Shown in pieces: positions 56,025 to 64,000 of a stretch of DNA of 64,000 nucleotides. Under the pieces are notes generated by a model. It had not been told where the DNA came from. It saw only the letters and a program-made list of their open reading frames with translations, and did no database searches. The first letter of the stretch is position 1. The number at the start of each line of letters is the position of its first letter. The position numbers and the translations under genes were made by a program. Location: the NCBI GenBank assembly GCA_964016885.1, contig OZ024745.1, positions 21,700,001-21,764,000 of the forward strand, given 5' to 3'. The DNA comes from Eledone cirrhosa. Its lineage: Eukaryota.

Positions 56025-56204
56025 TCTTAATACCTTTGGAGCCACTTTTTTCACATAAAACAGGAAGAATTTCCAAAACTGATCAGATTAGAGCAAACAT
56101 CACGGGCGCTCTATCTCAAATTATTTTTGAAAAGCATTAGAAATGCGCAACCGGTAAAAACTTAAACTAAAACTGAACACTAACCAATACTTATTACTAA
56201 TTTG

Positions 56205-56390
56205 TGGATTGGCAGTATCGGTAGAGAGTCGGACATCATGCTTTGAAGCATAGAGTTACGTCCCTTTATGATCTGAGTTCAAATCCCGCCGAGGTTAACT
56301 TTGCCTTTCATCCTTACGGGGTCGATAAAATAAAGTACCAGTAATGTACTGGGTAATTGTTGGCCTTGTGCCTAAAATAGAAACAATTAC
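56205..56390 (+). mobile_element. Full-length tRNA-derived SINE
   Basis: TGGCAGTATCGGTAG, GAGTTCAAATCC, core and tail. Confidence 0.9.
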
Positions 56391-56461
56391 TAATTTATAA
56401 TTATTCCTAATTAAAGTATTTTTCACTGGGAACAATTCGTCAGCATTTTCTTTTCCTTTTA

Positions 56462-56507
<46 letters not shown>

Positions 56508-56729
56508 TCTCGTGCTTGATATAGTAGGGAAAGTGCCTTGACGTCTGGCTGGTTAGTATTTCATAAAAAATAGATTCAGAAGATTCAGAAGAAGGAGCAG
56601 GAATAAAGACGAAAGTAAGAAAAGAAAGAAAACCGAAAAGATCATTAATCAAGGAAGTACTCAGTGTATCGTAAGATGCAAGGTGTGGTGTGTTTACTCT
56701 GATCCGTGCCACATTATATATATATATAT

Positions 56730-57150
56730 ATAATGAAAAATTGAACAGGGACAGAACAGAGAGGCAGTACAATAAATGTTTATTAAATTCACGCTCAGGA
56801 GAGTAGGGGGTAGGTGGGGGACGACGTTTCGGGCATAAGCCCTTCTTCAGGTGTGAAGTGTGTGGGAACAGAGTTCAAAAGGTGTGTAGGGGAGTGGTGG
56901 AGAGACATATAGCGAAAGGAAACTTTGCGAATGAAAAATTAACAAATAAAGACAAAAAATATAATAAATAAAAATAAAGCATGATCAAAATACAAGGAAT
57001 GAGAAAATTTAAAAATAAAGGCATGATCAAAATAAACTGAAATTAAAAGGGGGGTAAACAGGTGGTGGAAGGGTGTGGGGTGAATAGGGGTGGTGGCGGG
57101 TGGAGTGGGGAGATGGAGACGGGGTGTCCGAGCGGGGAGGGCTGAAGGTG

Positions 57151-57183
<33 letters not shown>

Positions 57184-57494
57184 AAAGTGAGGGTTGGGGG
57201 AAGAACGGGGTTGCATGTTCAGGAAGGTGTGTGTGGGGGGTGTTTTTGTGGGTCGGAGTGTCTGTGCGTATGGGGGTAGGGGGTGGGGGAGAGGAATCAG
57301 GAGGCTGAGGGTGTAAATATGTGGTGGGAAGCACGTGTGTGGTTTAAGCGTGTTGTGGGTGTGGGTGGCGTGTGGATAAAAAAAAAATTTTTGGGGTGTG
57401 TGTGTGGGTGAGTTATATAGGTGATGGCGTAAGAGGATGGTTGAAAAGTTGGTAAGTTCCACGTATGTTTGGAGATTTGGTTAGAAGTCAATTT

Positions 57495-57498
<4 letters not shown>
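56730..57498 (-). mobile_element. Penelope-like 3' UTR/pLTR fragment between (TA)n tracts
   Basis: Contains a minimal hammerhead; homolog at 16.8-17.0 kb. Confidence 0.6.
56820..56852 (-). ncRNA. Minimal Penelope-type hammerhead motif
   Basis: CTGAAGA-A-GGGC-TTAT-GCCC-GAAAC-GTC-GTC; stem I is poor. Confidence 0.6.
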
Positions 57499-57540
<42 letters not shown>

Positions 57541-57631
57541 TAGTTTCCGTAGGAAAGGTAAAGGAAAAGAGAGTGTTCTATGTAGACTACAGAGCTTTTT
57601 AGTTACGTAATGAACAACATAATATAATTAT

Positions 57632-57702
57632 TTCATTTACCAAAGGTTTCACGAAGACAGACGAGCCTGACACAGACGTCTGACTTCGCTCGTCAGAATA
57701 AA
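57632..57702 (-). ncRNA. Type I hammerhead, left arm of the 57607-57821 palindrome
   Basis: TTTATT-CTGACGA-GCGAAG.CAGACG...CGTCTG.CTTCGT-GAAAC-CTTTG-GTA-AATGAA. Confidence 0.8.
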
Positions 57703-57724
57703 CATTTATTTTACTAAAATAAAT

Positions 57725-57797
57725 TTTCAATCTGACGAGCGGAGTCAGATGTATGTGTCAGGCTCGCCTGTCTTCGTGAAACCTTTGGTAAATGAAA
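57725..57797 (+). ncRNA. Type I hammerhead, right arm of the 57607-57821 palindrome
   Basis: TTTCAAT-CTGACGA-GCGGAG...CTTCGT-GAAAC-CTTTG-GTA-AATGAAA. Confidence 0.78.
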
Positions 57798-58155
57798 TAA
57801 TTATCTTACACTGTTTATTACATATACATATATAACCACACCCATAACACACGTGGACCCTTCACTTCACCCTTACGCCCGAATGCCGGACCTTTTGCCT
57901 ACCACCTCCAACCGATCAATCTTTTTCTAACATTCTTTTCCTAATATTCTTTACCTGACTATCACACACAAGTTTCATCTACCTACCTGATCTACCCCCC
58001 CCCCCTCTTTCTCACTCTCACTGTTTCTCTCCCCTTCTCTCCCCCTTTCTCAGCAAAACTGGTTAGTACTAAGGCAAACTAGATAATCATGTATATTTCA
58101 GCAAACCAATCTGTGACTATTTTTTTCTCGATAAACTTATTCCTTTTTCATTGTG

Positions 58156-58218
<63 letters not shown>

Positions 58219-58276
58219 GGGAAGAAAGAGGAAAACTGCGTGGTTGCACATGGGTTACATATTATAAAATATATAT

Positions 58277-58309
<33 letters not shown>

Positions 58310-58452
58310 ATATATAAGCAGAAGGGATATTCAATTTGTTGGTAATCCACAAATATAAGTGTTTATAACTGATTCATAGCACTCAACAGATTTCTGGAGT
58401 ATAATATTCAATGATATTAAATAAATGGAAACTATATTTAGAAAACCATATT

Positions 58453-58513
58453 TATTCTATTATATATATTTCAAGGCTACCAAAACTTTGGTACGCTTTC
58501 ATCAGATAAAATA
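58453..58513 (-). ncRNA. Type I hammerhead near the outer end of the left arm
   Basis: TATTTTAT-CTGATGA-AAGCGTACCA-AAGTTT-TGGTAGCCTT-GAAA-TATAT-ATA-ATAGAATA; 8-bp stem I, AUA triplet. Confidence 0.78.
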
Positions 58514-60390
58514 CGAAGTGTGTTTTATAAATTTTGACATAACCAAGAAAAGATACCTTAACGGTTCAAGTTTTCCTTGGATAGTGAAGGGATAAGAGAA
58601 GAAAAGTCAGATATTTCAAATTATTAAGATGAGTATGCAAATGAGGTTTAGGTAAAGGGCTGAAAAATACGTTATTTTAACCGCCATGGAGAATTTAAAT
58701 AATTATGATATGTTTTTGTATGCGTAGGAAAGAAGAAAAAGGAAGAAGAGCTAGCATTTACGTTAATTTGGGGGAAAAAATGGAACATGATTCCAGAGTT
58801 TAAATTTAAATGTATTTACCTATATTATGAGTTATAATATTGTATATATAATCAATTAGATTATATGAAAAATTATGGTTGTACGTATTTTTATCTTATT
58901 ACATTACAATAGGTTATATGTATATAAATATCTATATAGATTAATAATTTCGTATGTATTAGTATTATAGAAATAGAAATAATTTACAATTATTAGTTGT
59001 TTATATTTCTAATATGAGTTACGAAGGACGTTGATTTTGTATTTTACTTAAAAGCGTAGGTGGTTCAAGTTGTGAGAGGAGAACAATTTGTAAATTCGAA
59101 CATTTTTTGCAACATTGAAAATGTTTTCAGAATATTGTTAATTTAGCGAAGTTATATAGATTATCAAACATAATATGAGTATGTTTGCACTATTGAGAAA
59201 GGAAAGATAACTCCAATTTTTGTTTGTTAACCGTTAAATTTGATGAGTGATTTACTCCATAATATATAGAGAACATTTTATATTATTTTGTGTGAGATTA
59301 ATTATTTTAGTCGAAAGATGTGTGAATGTTTGAATAACAAAAAGAGAGGAAAAACGTAATGTGCTTTTCGAAGAACTATCGTAAAGAGGATAAATTTTCA
59401 GAATGTCATTTAAATCCTATCTTCTTTAAACATTTAAATGTTAATTTTTTAATATTTTTAATATTTTTAATATTTTTAATAATTTTAATATTTTTAATAT
59501 TTCTAAATTTTTTTAATATCTCTAATATTTCTAATATTTTTAATATATATATTTAATATGTTTAATTCCGACATTATTTTAATTCTGACATTATTTTTAA
59601 TTCTGACATTACTTTTCTAATGACACCCCTCTAAATATATTTTTTTGATGTAGATTAATAATCTTTAAATGACATTCTGAAAATTTAACCCCATTACGAT
59701 AGTTCTTCGAAAAGCACTTTACATTTTTCCTCTCTTTTTGTTATTATGTTTGATAATCTATATAACTTCGCTAAATTAACAATATTCTGAAAACATTTTC
59801 AATGTTGCAAAAAATATTCGAATCTACAAATTGTTCTCCTCTCACAACTTGAACCACCTACGCTTTTAAGTAAAATACAAAATCAACGTCCTTCGTAACT
59901 CATATTAGAAATATAAACAACTAATAATTGTAAATTATTTATATTTCTATAATACTAATACATACGAAATTATTAATCTATATAGATATTTATATACATA
60001 TAACCTATTGTAATGTAATAAGATAAAAATACTTGCAACCATAAATCTTCATATAATTTAATTGATTATATATACAATATTATAACTCATAATATAGTTA
60101 AATAAATTTAAATTTAAACTCTGGAATCATTCCATCCCCTCCCCCCCAAAAAATTAAAGTAAATGCTAGCTCTTCTTCCTTTTTCTTCTTTCCTACGCAT
60201 ACAAAAACATATCATAATTATTTAAATTCTCCATGGCGGTTAAAATAACGTATTTTTCAGCCCTTTACATACTCATCTTAATAATTTGAAATATCTGACT
60301 TTTCTTCTCTTTTCCTTCACTATCCAAGGAAAACTTGAACCGTTAAGGTATCTTCTCTTGGTTATGTCAACATTTATAAAACACACTTCG

Positions 60391-60451
60391 TATTTTATCT
60401 GATGATAGCGTACCAAAGTTTGGGTAGCCTTGAAATATATATAATAGAATA
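60391..60451 (+). ncRNA. Type I hammerhead near the outer end of the right arm
   Basis: TATTTTAT-CTGATGA-TAGCGTACC...GGTAGCCTT-GAAA-TATAT-ATA-ATAGAATA. Confidence 0.75.
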
Positions 60452-60490
60452 AATATGGTTTTCTAAATATAGTTTCCATTTATTTAATAT

Positions 60491-60536
<46 letters not shown>

Positions 60537-60544
60537 CATTATTA

Positions 60545-60722
60545 TTTGCGGCATATAGTTATGCCTCTTAGATTCTGAGTTCAAATAACGGCGGGGTTAG
60601 ATTTGCCTTCAAACCTTACGGATTCAATAAATAAAGTACCAGTAATGCACTTGGGTCGATTTAATAGACATTCCCTACCTCTTCAAATTGTTGGCTTTGT
60701 GCTTAAATCAGAAACAATTACT
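60545..60722 (+). mobile_element. Diverged SINE, long variant
   Basis: B-box, core and tail remnants. Confidence 0.7.
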
Positions 60723-60895
60723 ATTATTCTACTGATGTACTGCTGTGGATTGGCGGAATTTGGACAAAATGCATTGCAAATACGGCCCTGTATCTTTTGA
60801 TATCAAATGCCTCCTTCTGGATTGATACAGAAAGTATTTTCCCTCTGTATGTATGTATGTCTGTATGTAGGTAATATATATATATAATATATATT

Positions 60896-60928
<33 letters not shown>

Positions 60929-61021
60929 ATATACATATATATATATATTATATATATATATATATATACACATACATACATACATATATACATACATACA
61001 TATATATACATATATAAATAC

Positions 61022-61064
<43 letters not shown>

Positions 61065-61067
<3 letters not shown>

Positions 61068-61475
61068 GGAGAGATGACCCCTTAGCCTTTGTCAAGGCAG
61101 AATTCTAGGAGAAGGAAAACTCTGATATAACACCTGCAACTCTGATGGTATCCAATGATGTTGACTTGTTCTTCTTTTTGGTAAATATCATCTTGGTTAA
61201 GAGAGTGGGACTGGCTTTGTGCAGTGCCTTTGCTCACTATAAAAGCTTCACGGCACAGGCATTGCTTTATATCTGGATATCTCTCTGCACTTGTCATCAC
61301 ATGGTACCATGGGCCCAGCACTATGTGTCAATAATTGTCACAAGTGTAGTGTTTGTACCAGAGTTTTCAAGTCGCTGGCTGGACTAAGAAGTCACACTCG
61401 TTCAGCGCATCGGTGGGGGTTCTCCTACATGGATATAAATTAGTGGCCATACTCGAAAACGAGTTGGCAGCCACC

Positions 61476-61477
<2 letters not shown>
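61065..61477 (+). mobile_element. 5'-truncated second copy of the RTE-like bipartite element, inside (TA)n
   Basis: Colinear with 51766-52178; encodes CSVCTRVFKSLAGLRSHTRSAH. Confidence 0.8.
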
Positions 61478-63930
<2,453 letters not shown>

Positions 63931-64000
63931 TATATGAAATAGATATGTATTTCCTATAAATCTATATATTTCTCACTAATTAGCAAATATATTTACTAAT

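Larger units (their letters stand above)
58409..60495. repeat. ~2.1-kb inverted repeat (arms about 58409-59440 and 59640-60495) with an AT-rich tandem-repeat spacer
   Basis: Arms are reverse complements throughout; the right arm lacks the equivalent of about 59175-59335. Confidence 0.93.

Noticed and set aside
56205-56290. tRNA gene
   Set aside because: A and B boxes are present but there is no cloverleaf; it is a SINE head.

Overview
Repeat-saturated, AT-rich animal genomic DNA. The microsatellite load and the SINE/LINE families suggest an octopus or other cephalopod (inference). No intact host gene is visible; there is only a possible promoter/first exon near 15.5 kb and a few doubtful micro-exons. 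Almost all listed ORFs are translations of microsatellites. Real coding remnants all come from retroelements: Tx1/L1-clade LINE pieces, Penelope-like elements (RT + GIY-YIG), R4/Dong-type restriction-like-endonuclease elements and an RTE-derived bipartite element. There are also about 20 tRNA-derived SINE copies or fragments, MITEs and minisatellites. The most striking signal is a set of non-coding elements carrying type I hammerhead ribozyme motifs, mostly embedded in (TA)n. Several form head-to-head palindromes with one hammerhead (intact or decayed) on each strand, both pointing outward: 8.6-8.9, 20.1-20.3, 49.1-49.2, 52.3-52.6, 57.6-57.8 and 58.4-60.5 kb. Most have one long and one short arm. 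A second pattern is that each retroelement family appears tied to its own microsatellite motif. All alignments and folds were done by eye, so coordinates are approximate.
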